Below, in pieces: positions 46,074 through 55,763 of a stretch of DNA of 64,000 bases. The notes below the pieces were generated by a model. It saw only the letters and a program-made list of their open reading frames with translations, was not told where the DNA came from and ran no database searches. A program made the translations under genes and the position numbers. Within the stretch, counting starts at the first letter, position 1. Every line of letters starts with the position of its first letter. The DNA lies in contig JAGPNC010000002.1 of NCBI GenBank assembly GCA_018052565.1, positions 6,648 through 70,647 of the forward strand, written 5' to 3'. Source of the stretch: Candidatus Shapirobacteria bacterium (GTDB lineage: Bacteria; Patescibacteriota; Microgenomatia; 0-14-0-10-38-17).

Positions 46074-46951
46074 AAATTATCGGTACTGGCTTAAGCGGCT
46101 TAGTGGGCTCGCGTATTGGAGAAATTCTTCGGGGCACCTACTCGTTTGTTGATTTTTCTCTCGAGACGGGGGTTGATATTTTGGACATTAAGTCTTTAGA
46201 AAAGCAATTTTTAGAAAATAAGGAAGCAAAGGCGCTGATTCATTTAGCGGCTTTTACTGACACGAATGCTGCTTGGCAAGAGCGGGGAGATAAAAACGGC
46301 CTGTGTTATCGTCTTAATGTTTTGGGGACCAAAAATATTATCAAGCTTTGTCAAGAATATGGCCAGTATTTAATTTATGTTTCTACGGACTTTGTTTTTT
46401 CCGGCAAAAAAGAAGGTGTTTATACCGAAAAAGATACTCCTGATCCGATTGAGTGGTATGGGCAAACTAAACGGTGGGCTGAAGAAACGGTTTTGGAAAG
46501 TGGACTGGCCGCGGCAATTATTCGTCTTTCTTATCCTTTTCGGGCCTCATTTCCGGGCAAAAAAGATTTAGTGCGCAAAATTATTGAGGGGCTAAGGGAA
46601 AAAACGCTTTATCCTCTTTTTGCTGATCAAGTTATTACCCCTACCTTTATTGATGACTTTGCGGACGGAATTGACTATTTCTTAAAAGAAAAACCAACCG
46701 GCATTTTCCATTTGGTGGGGGAGAGCCATCTTTCTCCCTACGGGGTGGGAAAAGAGGTGGCGCGGACTTTTGGTTTTGATCCTAAGTTAGTAAAGAAAGG
46801 AAGCCTGCGAGATTATGAACGAAATGCTCCTCCAGGTTCGCGGCCCTTCCAGAAAAATTTAGCTCTTGATAACCAGAAAATTACTTCTTTAGGAATAAAA
46901 ATGCTTCCCTTTGCGGCCGCGCTCAAAAAAGTTAGAAAACAACTCAGCTAA
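46061..46951 (+). CDS. rmlD: dTDP-4-dehydrorhamnose reductase
   Basis: Rossmann IIGTGLSGLVGSRI, STDFVFSG...Y.E.D, and YGQTKRWAE (the YxxxK triad). Confidence 0.8.
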   Translation: MGKIKIIGTGLSGLVGSRIGEILRGTYSFVDFSLETGVDILDIKSLEKQFLENKEAKALIHLAAFTDTNAAWQERGDKNGLCYRLNVLGTKNIIKLCQEYGQYLIYVSTDFVFSGKKEGVYTEKDTPDPIEWYGQTKRWAEETVLESGLAAAIIRLSYPFRASFPGKKDLVRKIIEGLREKTLYPLFADQVITPTFIDDFADGIDYFLKEKPTGIFHLVGESHLSPYGVGKEVARTFGFDPKLVKKGSLRDYERNAPPGSRPFQKNLALDNQKITSLGIKMLPFAAALKKVRKQLS

Positions 46952-47982
46952 GTGAATATTTTCTCGGCCAAAAGAATAACGCCTCCTGTCACTAAGGGAA
47001 TAAAGAGATTATCGTTGATCCGTTTATTATTAATTTTTGGTTCGCTGAATTCTAAAATGGTGGTAGTAAGGATGGCGGGGGCCAGAAATTTTAAGGGCGC
47101 ATAGGGGAGAGAGACGGTGGTGGTGGCAATGGCGCTGGCAAAGGCAGCGCTCCAGCGTTTCTTTAAAGAATGACCGTTATTAAGGTAATAACCGGCGATA
47201 GCATTAACCGAATCGCCTACCGCTAAACTTAAAATTGCCACGGTGGCAACGGGAAGAGGAAAAACAAGAGTAGCGATTAAACTGCTCCAGGTAAAAAGTA
47301 GTGGTCCGGCTCCTAAAAACTTAGGTAATGGTTTCCTTTCAAAGTAAATAATTAAATTGTTCAAGGGCACAAAAGGTAAAAGGTGGTTTAACAAGAGAAG
47401 GATAGTTAAGAGAAAAGTAAAGAGAGTAAAGTAGCGGGGGGTTAAAATTTGGTAATTAATCGCAAGCGCGAGAGACAAGCCGTAAAAAAGATGAACGATT
47501 TTTCTTCTTAAGTTGATGTTTTTGCCCCAGTCAGAAGCGCTTTTGGTTTGAGAGAGAGAATAAAATGACCAGAAGACAGCGGTGGCAAAAAAGAAGCCGC
47601 CGGCAACATCGGTAACGTGATGTAGTCCTAGGGCAACGCGGGAATAAGCGACTAGAAAAGCTCCCAAGAAGCCTAAGGGGGAAAATTTTGGCCAAAGAAC
47701 GATGATTGTCCAAGCAATAACGGTCGCTACTGCCGCATGGAGGGAGGGGAAAGCAAAATCGGTGGGGATGTTGGCAGTTACTCCCAGTATGGTTGGGTTT
47801 TCAACAAATGGTCGGCTTATTTGGGTTAAATCTTTAACCACTTTTCCCCCGAATAAAGTAAAAATCAAGGCAGGGGCAAAAATGGGGAGGAAAAACTCTT
47901 TTTTAAATTTAAGGATAAAAAAAACAAACAAACCAACTAATGCTGGTAAAAGCCATGGTGAATTAAGGATGGCAAGGCTCAT
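46948..47982 (-). CDS. fusion membrane protein: PAP2 phosphatase domain plus CdsA/DolK-like (CTP-dependent polyprenol kinase family) domain
   Basis: N-terminal PAP2 motifs KDLTQISRPF, PSLHAAV and SRVALGLHHVTDVAGG. The C-terminal half has additional transmembrane segments and LAVGDSVNAIAGYY, a GDxxAxxxG motif of the dolichol/polyprenol kinase-CdsA superfamily. Confidence 0.5.
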   Translation of the reverse strand: MSLAILNSPWLLPALVGLFVFFILKFKKEFFLPIFAPALIFTLFGGKVVKDLTQISRPFVENPTILGVTANIPTDFAFPSLHAAVATVIAWTIIVLWPKFSPLGFLGAFLVAYSRVALGLHHVTDVAGGFFFATAVFWSFYSLSQTKSASDWGKNINLRRKIVHLFYGLSLALAINYQILTPRYFTLFTFLLTILLLLNHLLPFVPLNNLIIYFERKPLPKFLGAGPLLFTWSSLIATLVFPLPVATVAILSLAVGDSVNAIAGYYLNNGHSLKKRWSAAFASAIATTTVSLPYAPLKFLAPAILTTTILEFSEPKINNKRINDNLFIPLVTGGVILLAEKIFT

Positions 47983-48821
47983 TTTTGGGAAATTTTTTTT
48001 GTTTTGGAAGCAGAAAGAAATTTCTCTTTTGATCCTATGAGAAAGTTATTAAGGGTAAACAGCAAAACGCCAAAAGAAAAAATTAATTCCGTGGGCTCCT
48101 GATCGCGAGCATCAATAAAAGCGTCAAAGAAGTTAAGATCTTTATGGAGCCAAAACTGAAGCCAAAGAAGAGCATCCTTGCCCCAAAAATCGCAAGAAGG
48201 AAGAATCATGTCCCGTATAAAAGTAGCCACAGGCTCATCCAGATACCGAACCCAAAGGTAATAGAAAAAAAGGGGAAGAAAATAAAGAGAAAGATTTTTA
48301 GCGGGAAAAAAATTTTTTATTTCAGGAATTCTCTTCTCAAACTTTTGGGCAATTTTCCACCCAAAAGTGCCCCAAAGACCGATTAGGATATAAATTTGCG
48401 GTAATTTACCTTGAATAAAATTTAAATTATGGAAAGTAATTTCTCCTTGGGTATTTTTCGAGGCGATATTTTCCGATGTTTCTATCCCCAAAATTCTTTG
48501 TCCCCACGAAATTTCTTCGCCGGCAGTAAAAAATAATCCCAGAAAGAGGATTGAGAAAAAAACTCCTTTCCCAAATTTTTTCTTTTTAAGGAAATGGTAG
48601 GAAACGAGGAAAGAAAAAATGCTAGCAAGGAGAAAAAAGATAAATTGTAACCATTCAACAGGGCTATCTTCAGCAACAAAGAGATGGTAACGATAGTCGT
48701 TTTTTATCTTAAAAACGGCGAAGAAAATAACCATAAAAATGGGGAAAAGAAAGACAGCTGGGCTTTCTTCAATAAATTTTTTTAATTTCATTTTTTGGGA
48801 ATAATATGCCTCTCTTGCCAC
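47979..48821 (-). CDS. polytopic membrane protein, unknown function
   Basis: About 7 transmembrane segments. Overlaps trmD by 34 nt and the PAP2 fusion by 4 nt. Confidence 0.45.
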   Translation of the reverse strand: MAREAYYSQKMKLKKFIEESPAVFLFPIFMVIFFAVFKIKNDYRYHLFVAEDSPVEWLQFIFFLLASIFSFLVSYHFLKKKKFGKGVFFSILFLGLFFTAGEEISWGQRILGIETSENIASKNTQGEITFHNLNFIQGKLPQIYILIGLWGTFGWKIAQKFEKRIPEIKNFFPAKNLSLYFLPLFFYYLWVRYLDEPVATFIRDMILPSCDFWGKDALLWLQFWLHKDLNFFDAFIDARDQEPTELIFSFGVLLFTLNNFLIGSKEKFLSASKTKKISQK

Positions 48822-49483
48822 TCTTTTATTTTCTTGGGATCCCCAGAGAGAAGCGCCTTGGGCACTTTAAGGCCGAGAAATTTTTCGGGACGAGTGTATT
48901 GGGGATACTCAGCTAAAAGTTCAAAATCTGGTTTTGAAAGCCGAGAAGAAATTTTTTTAAGACCGGGCGAGAAGGATTCGATTTGGCTGGCCTCTTCTTT
49001 CTTTAAAACGCCGGGCAAGAGGCGAACAACGGCGTCGGTAATCGCCATTGCCGGAATTTCTCCCCCTGTTAAAACAAAATCTCCCAGAGAAATTTCTTCA
49101 TCAACAAATTTTTTAATCCGTTCATCAAAGCCTTCGTAGTGGCCGCAAATCAGAATAATTTCTTGAAGTTTTGCTAATTGCCGCGCCTTTTTTTGGTTAA
49201 AAGTTTTTCCCCGGGGGGTAAGAAGAATGGTTTTTTGATTTTTCTTTGACCAATCATTGGTGAGTTCTTTTAAGGCATTGTAAAGCGGCTCGATGCGCAA
49301 AACCATTCCCGTGCCCCCGCCGTAAGGGCGGTCGTCGACGGTGCCGCGTTTGTCAATGGCCCATTGGCGCAAATTATGAATTTTTATTTCTACCAGTCCC
49401 TTTTCCTGAGCGCGCTTGACAATGCTTTCCCCAAAAGGGCCAGCAAACATTTTGGGGAAAAGGGTAAGAATGTGAATAAGCAT
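48788..49483 (-). CDS. trmD: tRNA (guanine37-N1)-methyltransferase TrmD
   Basis: HILTLFP.MF, DDRPYGGGTGMV, and the SPOUT trefoil-knot motif set. Confidence 0.9.
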   Translation of the reverse strand: MLIHILTLFPKMFAGPFGESIVKRAQEKGLVEIKIHNLRQWAIDKRGTVDDRPYGGGTGMVLRIEPLYNALKELTNDWSKKNQKTILLTPRGKTFNQKKARQLAKLQEIILICGHYEGFDERIKKFVDEEISLGDFVLTGGEIPAMAITDAVVRLLPGVLKKEEASQIESFSPGLKKISSRLSKPDFELLAEYPQYTRPEKFLGLKVPKALLSGDPKKIKEWQERHIIPKK

Positions 49484-49511
49484 TGTTTTTTTATTTTACC
49501 TCTCTTTATTT

Positions 49512-51047
49512 TTAACGAAAATAAGTTGAATTAATCAAGTTAGGATCGCTAGGAATTTTAATTTCTTCTTCGGAAAGAAGATACTTTTCTATTCTAAAAT
49601 CATTATCGAACGCCATTGTTTTTTCGGGATCTTTCTTAACATTAACCTGATTTTTGGCCCACCAACTTCCTTCTAACCAAGGCTTGTCTTGGGGGGGAGA
49701 AAAAATGAGTAAGTAGGTTACTGGTTTTTTTTCGAAAGCGTGAGCTTGATATGGATAAAACTGGTTCCAGTATTCCATTGCGTATCGGGGGCTGTAAGAA
49801 TAAAGATCTGGCGTGTAGGCAAAATATCCAAAATCATTTTCTGCGTCTTGGAAAATAGTCCTAGCGGCTTGGCTTATAAATCGCCATGAGCTTTGGTCAA
49901 GATGAAGATCTTCTGGGGTTTGCCTAAGAAGAGAAAAATTTTTAATAAAAAGATTAGCATTCAGGGCGAGGCAAAAAATAATAATAAAAGGGGTCTTTTT
50001 AGGGAAAAACTTTGTCAAGGAAGAGATTATCATTATAGAGATCGGAATTAAAGCCCAATAATGATAACTTTGGAGTTTGCCAAAATTTACTCCGGTAAGA
50101 ATCCAAAAGCCCAAAAATAAAAAAAGGAAATCTTGGTAGACTTTTTCTTTATTCTTTCGGCTTAATATTACCAGTACACTTAGAAAAATAATAAGAAGAA
50201 GAAACGACCAAGCTCCCTTGAAAAATCCTAATCCGGAGTAAGTCATGATCTCGATCCTGTTTTTAATTAAAACGGCTAAGTTTAGCTTTGATCGGCCAAG
50301 TTGATGAAGAAAACTCCAGACTGCTTTTCCCTGAAGAAAATCGTGGCGGAAATCAAAGATGATAAAGTTGGCTAAAGAAATAATTAATCCTAATAAAAAA
50401 AGGCCAGTCTCAGAGAGATGAATTTCTTTTTTAAGAAACTGGAAGAAAATTTTTACTCCCGCAATTATAATTAGGGGTAAGCCAAAGCCCAGTTGGAATT
50501 GAGCCAAGATTCCTCCAAACAATCCTAAGAATAAGAAATTTATTTTTTTTGATGTCTTTTCTTTTCCTATCTGGTAGAAAAAATAGAAAAATAGGGGAGA
50601 AAAAATAATTGCCCCAAACGGATGAAAGAAATTCCCCACCCAGTCATTTATTTTAAGAGCGTAGATGACGATGCTTACGGCGGCGGCTTGGGTACCAAAG
50701 ATTTTTTTAGTTACAAAGAAAAGAATCATTTCTGCAATAAGAGTTAGTGCCAAGTAAAAGTAATTTTGAGCGATAGGGTCTCCTTTAAATATTAGGAAAA
50801 CAGGGAGATTTAAGTATGTCCAAGCAGGGCCATGGAAAAGGCCGCTTATCTCACCGACCCGTGGTCCGACAAGAGATGGTTTTTTACTGTCAACAACATC
50901 TTTGATGAGAAAGAAATCTCTGGCAATATCAGTGTGAAAAGAAAAATTTTGGAATTTTATTAAAGGGATGTTTTCAATAAGATTAATAGCGATAACGCTG
51001 GCAAAAACTAAGGCCAAAAAAAACTGCTGACGTGTTTTTTTCTCCAT
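49512..51047 (-). CDS. large polytopic membrane protein, candidate GT-C-type glycosyltransferase
   Basis: 511 aa with at least 11 transmembrane segments and a first extracytoplasmic loop carrying acidic residues (HTDIARDF). No soluble domain. Confidence 0.4.
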   Translation of the reverse strand: MEKKTRQQFFLALVFASVIAINLIENIPLIKFQNFSFHTDIARDFFLIKDVVDSKKPSLVGPRVGEISGLFHGPAWTYLNLPVFLIFKGDPIAQNYFYLALTLIAEMILFFVTKKIFGTQAAAVSIVIYALKINDWVGNFFHPFGAIIFSPLFFYFFYQIGKEKTSKKINFLFLGLFGGILAQFQLGFGLPLIIIAGVKIFFQFLKKEIHLSETGLFLLGLIISLANFIIFDFRHDFLQGKAVWSFLHQLGRSKLNLAVLIKNRIEIMTYSGLGFFKGAWSFLLLIIFLSVLVILSRKNKEKVYQDFLFLFLGFWILTGVNFGKLQSYHYWALIPISIMIISSLTKFFPKKTPFIIIFCLALNANLFIKNFSLLRQTPEDLHLDQSSWRFISQAARTIFQDAENDFGYFAYTPDLYSYSPRYAMEYWNQFYPYQAHAFEKKPVTYLLIFSPPQDKPWLEGSWWAKNQVNVKKDPEKTMAFDNDFRIEKYLLSEEEIKIPSDPNLINSTYFR

Positions 51048-51196
51048 CTGTTAAAAATAATTTAGATTTTATTTTTTAATCGAGAGGCGTTAAGTTGTAT
51101 TTTAACAGTTTTCTATGGTATATTTCAAAGATAACCCGTTTGTATTTTAATTAAAAAATTATACCTGTGGAGCGATAATAATTGGTCATTTTAGCG

Positions 51197-51352
51197 AAAG
51201 TTAAATTCAAAATGCAAAAGTCAAAATGCAAAATTCCAAGTTAAAAGTTAAAAGTCTTTTTGCATTACTTTTGAATTTTTACTTGTAATTTTTCCGCCAG
51301 AGGCGGACCCGCCTTGGGCGGGGAGTTTTAAATTTTAACTTTTAACTTTGAT
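51197..51352. repeat. AAAAGT hexamer hairpin plus inverted GC core
   Basis: aaagttaaattcaaaatgcaaaagtcaaaatgcaaaattccaagttaaaagttaaaagt ... acttttgaatttttacttgtaatttttccgccagaggcggacccgccttgggcgggg. The GC core is the reverse complement of the secA-embedded unit. Confidence 0.8.
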
Positions 51353-51357
51353 TTTAT

Positions 51358-51753
51358 ATGACCAATTGTGTTTTTTGCCAAATTGCGGCAGGAAAAATTC
51401 CTTGTTTTAAAATCTACGAAGAGGAAAGTTTTCTGGCTTTTTTGGATATTAATCCCTGGGTTGAGGGGCACACCTTGGTAATTCCCAAAAAGCATTACCG
51501 TTGGGTTTGGGATATGCCGTCAGATCTTATCGGCCAGTATTTTGTGGTTGTTAACAAGGTTGCCAATCATTACCGTCAAGTTTTTAAAACCGAATTTGTG
51601 ATGAGCTGGATTTATGGCTTCGAAGTCCCCCACGCCCATATTCATCTTTTCCCCAACTCGCGGGGAAAAATTGCTTTTTATCCCAAAGAAAAATTACCCA
51701 TTCTTACTCCAGAGGGAGGAGAAAAGCTGGCGGCAAAACTAAGATTAGAATAG
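51358..51753 (+). CDS. HIT (histidine triad) family hydrolase, paralog 1
   Basis: CVFCQIAAGKIP...GHTLVIPKKHY...HAHIHLFP (HxHxHxx). Confidence 0.85.
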   Translation: MTNCVFCQIAAGKIPCFKIYEEESFLAFLDINPWVEGHTLVIPKKHYRWVWDMPSDLIGQYFVVVNKVANHYRQVFKTEFVMSWIYGFEVPHAHIHLFPNSRGKIAFYPKEKLPILTPEGGEKLAAKLRLE

Positions 51754-51776
51754 AACTTGTAAAATTACGAGTAAGT

Positions 51777-52181
51777 ATGGAAAGTTGTATTTTTTGCCAA
51801 ATTGCCAAAAGGAAAGCGCCGGCAGAAATTATTTATGAAGAGCCAGGGGTAATTTGTTTTTTGCCCAAAGAAATTGAAGTTTATGGGCATACCTTGGTAG
51901 TGCCTAAACAACATTATGCTGACTTATACGATATACCAGCAAGTGTGCTTGCGGATTTGGTAAGAGTGGTGCAAAAGCTAACAAAAGAATATCGGCAGAG
52001 AATAGGAGCAACCGGGATGCACTTGATGCATGCTAGCGGTCGGGATGGACAGCAATCGGTTTTTCATTTTCACTTCCACCTTCTTCCCCGCTTTAAAAAC
52101 GACGGTCTTAACACTTGGCCTAATTTGCCAAAGATAGGAATAAACAGGGGCGACCTTTACGCTAAATTACGAATAGGCTAG
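51777..52181 (+). CDS. HIT family hydrolase, paralog 2
   Basis: CIFCQIAKRKAPAE...GHTLVVPKQHY...HFHFHLLP. Confidence 0.85.
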   Translation: MESCIFCQIAKRKAPAEIIYEEPGVICFLPKEIEVYGHTLVVPKQHYADLYDIPASVLADLVRVVQKLTKEYRQRIGATGMHLMHASGRDGQQSVFHFHFHLLPRFKNDGLNTWPNLPKIGINRGDLYAKLRIG

Positions 52182-52187
52182 TTTCTA

Positions 52188-52748
52188 ATGGATTATTTGA
52201 CCCTTCGTCAAGACAATATTGAAATCAAGCATGTTGTCGGCGACGAAGTTTGGGCTAAAGAAACCCTTATTTTTTTACAAGAGGTGCTTGTTTTCCTTTC
52301 CCACTATTTTGGTCTAAAGAAACCATTTTCTTTGATAAGGGTAGTTTTGGCTCCTGGCAGAAGCCAATATGACCAGCTGGTCGCAAATTTTTTAGGAGTT
52401 AAGGCAAAGATACCCTCTGCCCCCCAAAGAATTGCTCAAATACAAAAAACAAAGATGGTTTTTCTTTCACCCGTCTCTTATGAAGACGACTCTTCTTATA
52501 AATTTAAGCCCGACGAATATAGGCGGCTTGTCTTTCATGAACTGGTTCATGTTTTTGGGGAGTATTTATCTGCCGACATGGAAGCGGTTCCTTGCTGGTG
52601 GGGAGAGGGTTTGGCTGTTTATTTATCAGGGCAAGGAGAACATGAAGACGAATTTCGGCAGCCTGTTTTAAGAGGAATAAGAGAAAGGAATATCCCCAAT
52701 TTTCAAAGTATTCAGGCAAGCAGAAAACAAAGCTATCAGTGGGGGTGA
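52188..52748 (+). CDS. hypothetical protein with HExxH motif (possible small zinc metallopeptidase-like)
   Basis: VFHELVHVF with a downstream GEGLAVY glutamate. No other assignable motif. Confidence 0.4.
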   Translation: MDYLTLRQDNIEIKHVVGDEVWAKETLIFLQEVLVFLSHYFGLKKPFSLIRVVLAPGRSQYDQLVANFLGVKAKIPSAPQRIAQIQKTKMVFLSPVSYEDDSSYKFKPDEYRRLVFHELVHVFGEYLSADMEAVPCWWGEGLAVYLSGQGEHEDEFRQPVLRGIRERNIPNFQSIQASRKQSYQWG

Positions 52749-52897
52749 ACAATCGTTAATTTTATTGAAAAAACTTATGGTAAAAGGATGATTCTTAAGA
52801 TCGCAAATAAAGTGAATGGCGGGAATATTTTGGGAATTATTGGCGAGAATTCAGAGGATTTTGAAAAGAAATGGAAAAACATGCTATATTCTAAACA

Positions 52898-54193
52898 ATG
52901 AAAATTGCAGTTGTCGGCGCCGGTTACGTTGGGTTAACGTGGGCGGCCGTGTTGGCTTCATTGAGCCATAAGGTCCTTTTGGTAGAAAACAACCCGAAGA
53001 AATTGGCCAAGCTTAAGAAGGGCCAGCCGCCGTTTTTTGAACCCGGCCTCGAGCCACTTTTAAAAAAAGAAATTAAGAGTAAACGACTTTCTTTTTCTTC
53101 ATCAATCAAAGATCTTCAGGAAAAACCGGAGGTTGTTTTTATTTGTGTGGGCACTCCTTCTCGCCAAGACGGTTCAATTGACCTTTCTTATGTTTTTGCC
53201 GTGGCCAAGGAATTAGGGAAAAATCTTTGGCCTGGCCAGACCACGGTAGTTCTTAAGAGTACCGTTTTGCCGGGGACAACTAAAAAGGTTGAAGAAATAA
53301 TTAGCCAAAATAAAAATAAAAAAGCCACTTTTAGCTTAGCTTTTTGTCCGGAATTTTTAAGAGAAGGCAAGGCGGTTGAAGACAGCTTTCGCCCCAACCG
53401 AGTTATTATTGGCAGCAATGATAAGAGAGCAATTGCTATTCTTAAAAAAATTCACGCTCCTTTTGGAGCGCCAATTTTAGCGGTAAAAACGGAAAGCGCC
53501 GAAGTTACTAAATATGCGGCTAATGCCTATTTGGCCTTACGGATTGTTTTTGCTAATCAAATTGCTGATTTAGCCGAGAGGGTAGGGGCGGAGGTAGAAG
53601 AGGTGATTGCAGGCATCGGACTTGACCCGCGGATTGGCAGCGCTTATTGGTATCCCGGTTTAGGCTATGGTGGCTCTTGCTTTCCCAAGGATGTAGCCGC
53701 CTTAGCTTCTTTTAGTACTAAAAAGGGGCTAAAACAGTCGCTTTTTTCTTTTATGGATCATTACAACCAAAGCCGCCCCGAGAAAAAGTTAGCGGAGATT
53801 GAAGAAAAATGGGGTCAAGCGCTTGGAAAAAGAGTGGCGGTTTGGGGGTTAGCCTGTAAGCAGGGAACTGATGACGTGCGGGGTTCGGCGGCGCTTTTGA
53901 TGGCCGATAAATTATCAAAAAAAGGAGCGGCGGTTTTTGCTTTTGACGCCCTGGCAGAAGAGAATGCCCAAAGGGCATGCCCCAACGTTTGTTATTCTCC
54001 CGACCCCTATTCGGTAGTGAAGAACGTAGATTGGCTTTTGGTTTTAAGCGACGATCCTCTTTTTGCGAAGGCAAACTTTGCGAGAGTGAAGAAATTGATG
54101 AGGGGAAGAAAAATTTTTGACGCCCGTAATATTTTGCCTAAAGAAGAACTTAAAAAAATGGGCTTTGACTACTTGGGTGTCGGCAGAATTTAA
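52898..54193 (+). CDS. ugd: UDP-glucose 6-dehydrogenase family (UDP-sugar dehydrogenase)
   Basis: MKIAVVGAGYVGL NAD fold and catalytic GGSCFPKD. Confidence 0.85.
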   Translation: MKIAVVGAGYVGLTWAAVLASLSHKVLLVENNPKKLAKLKKGQPPFFEPGLEPLLKKEIKSKRLSFSSSIKDLQEKPEVVFICVGTPSRQDGSIDLSYVFAVAKELGKNLWPGQTTVVLKSTVLPGTTKKVEEIISQNKNKKATFSLAFCPEFLREGKAVEDSFRPNRVIIGSNDKRAIAILKKIHAPFGAPILAVKTESAEVTKYAANAYLALRIVFANQIADLAERVGAEVEEVIAGIGLDPRIGSAYWYPGLGYGGSCFPKDVAALASFSTKKGLKQSLFSFMDHYNQSRPEKKLAEIEEKWGQALGKRVAVWGLACKQGTDDVRGSAALLMADKLSKKGAAVFAFDALAEENAQRACPNVCYSPDPYSVVKNVDWLLVLSDDPLFAKANFARVKKLMRGRKIFDARNILPKEELKKMGFDYLGVGRI

Positions 54194-54211
54194 TTTTGTA
54201 TTTTGCTTGTA

Positions 54212-54560
54212 GCTGAGACATAATTCTTGATGCTGTTGTAAATTTGCCCGCCTGCCGGCGAGGCCCCGCACCGTATGGTGCAGGACGAGGCAGGATTCAG
54301 CGTCATCCTATATCGGACACATCAAAAATTCCAAATCCCAAATAACAAATCACAAACAAATTCCAATAACCAAATTCCAAAGGATGACACTTTCGCCAGC
54401 CCCGTAGCAAATATTATTTACGGCGGGGCCAGGGTGACGGCTTGCTTTCGCTGCGTCATTCCGGGCTTGACCCGGAATCTGCCTTGAGGCGGAAAGAAGG
54501 GCAGATCCTGGCCCTGATTTTTATCAGGGCAGGCTTTTCGTTAGTTGGGATGACGAGTTG
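54212..54560. repeat. cluster of GACATAA-TIR / gtcatcc and ccccgcacc-type palindromic repeats
   Basis: gctgagacataattc ... gccccgcaccgtatggtgcagg ... cagcgtcatcctata ... gcgtcattccgggcttgacccggaatc ... ggcagatcctggccctgatttttatcagggcaggc. It fills about 350 bp of non-coding DNA between ugd and the GT2-GtrA gene. Confidence 0.55.
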
Positions 54561-54613
54561 CGCCTCACTTATTTTGCTTGTATTTATTAAATAATTATTG
54601 TATTTTAAGGTTA

Positions 54614-55756
54614 ATGGCTAAAGAAAAAGCTGTCGTCATCATTCCCACCTATAACGAGCGGGAAAATATTGGCCGGATGATTGAGATTTTGGAGAAAGAG
54701 ATTTTCCCGCAAGTTAAGGATTGGGAAATGGCCATTTTGGTGGTTGATGACCATTCTCCCGACGGCACTGCTGAGGTTGTGCGGGAGAAGATGAAGGTTT
54801 ATCCTAACATTGAGCTTTCTTTAGGGGAAAAGCAGGGCTTGGGAGCGGCTTACGCGCGGGGAATGAAATATGCGATGGAAAAAATGAATGCGGATTGGGT
54901 GATTGAATTTGACGCCGATTTCCAGCATGATCCGGCGTACATCCCCGCCCTTTTAAAAGCCGCTAAAGAAGACTATGACTATGTGGTCGGCTCCCGTTAT
55001 GTCCCCGGTGGGAAAGTTCCCCAGGATTGGAATTTTTCTCGCCGCTTAATTAGCTCTTTGGGTAGTTTGGTGGCTCGTTTTGTTCTTTTCTTCCCTTTTG
55101 AATTTAAAAACGCCCCGCGCGATTTAACTTCCGGCCTTAAGGCAACAAAGGTAAAGGGATTTTTGGAAAAAATTGACCTAGACCATCTTCTTTCTAAGGG
55201 CTATGCTTATAAAATCGAGATTTTTTACCGGATGGTAAAACTTGGGGCGAGGGTAAAAGAAATTCCCATTGAGTTTAAAAACCGGGAAAAAGGGGAATCA
55301 AAGATGCCGCCAAAGAATTTAACCGATTCTCTGAAAGTGGTTATTAAGCTTCGTCTTCAAGATGAGAAAACGCAAAGTTTTTTAAAGTTTGCCGTGGTGG
55401 GTTTTGTGGGCTATTTGGTGAATGCGCTTTCTTTGGCGCTTTTTACTTCTTTTTCTTGGCCAGAGGCTCTTTGTTGGCTTTTGTCAACCGAGCTGGCGAT
55501 TATTTCTAATTTTACCTGGAACAACCTTTGGACTTTTGCTAAGGAAAAGTTTACCAAGCCTTCATTGGTTTTGAAGAAATTCCTCCAGTTTAACTTAACT
55601 TCGGCGGGAGCCTTAGTTATCCAAACGGCGATGGGGACACTTTTAGTTAGCCTCTTTGGCCCCCACCGCCAACTTTACTTGCCCCTGATTATTGTTTTTA
55701 TGGTTTTACCTTATAACTGGTTGATGTATAACCGGGTCATTTGGAAGAAAAAGTAA
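54614..55756 (+). CDS. GT2 (Dpm1-like polyprenyl-phosphate hexose synthase) fused to C-terminal GtrA-like membrane domain
   Basis: VVIIPTYNERENI...LVVDDHSPDGT...EFDADFQHDP. The C-terminal 120 aa form four transmembrane helices: FLKFAVVGFVGYLVNALSLALFT...LVIQTAMGTLLVSLF (GtrA-type). Confidence 0.75.
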   Translation: MAKEKAVVIIPTYNERENIGRMIEILEKEIFPQVKDWEMAILVVDDHSPDGTAEVVREKMKVYPNIELSLGEKQGLGAAYARGMKYAMEKMNADWVIEFDADFQHDPAYIPALLKAAKEDYDYVVGSRYVPGGKVPQDWNFSRRLISSLGSLVARFVLFFPFEFKNAPRDLTSGLKATKVKGFLEKIDLDHLLSKGYAYKIEIFYRMVKLGARVKEIPIEFKNREKGESKMPPKNLTDSLKVVIKLRLQDEKTQSFLKFAVVGFVGYLVNALSLALFTSFSWPEALCWLLSTELAIISNFTWNNLWTFAKEKFTKPSLVLKKFLQFNLTSAGALVIQTAMGTLLVSLFGPHRQLYLPLIIVFMVLPYNWLMYNRVIWKKK

Positions 55757-55763
55757 CCCAGAG

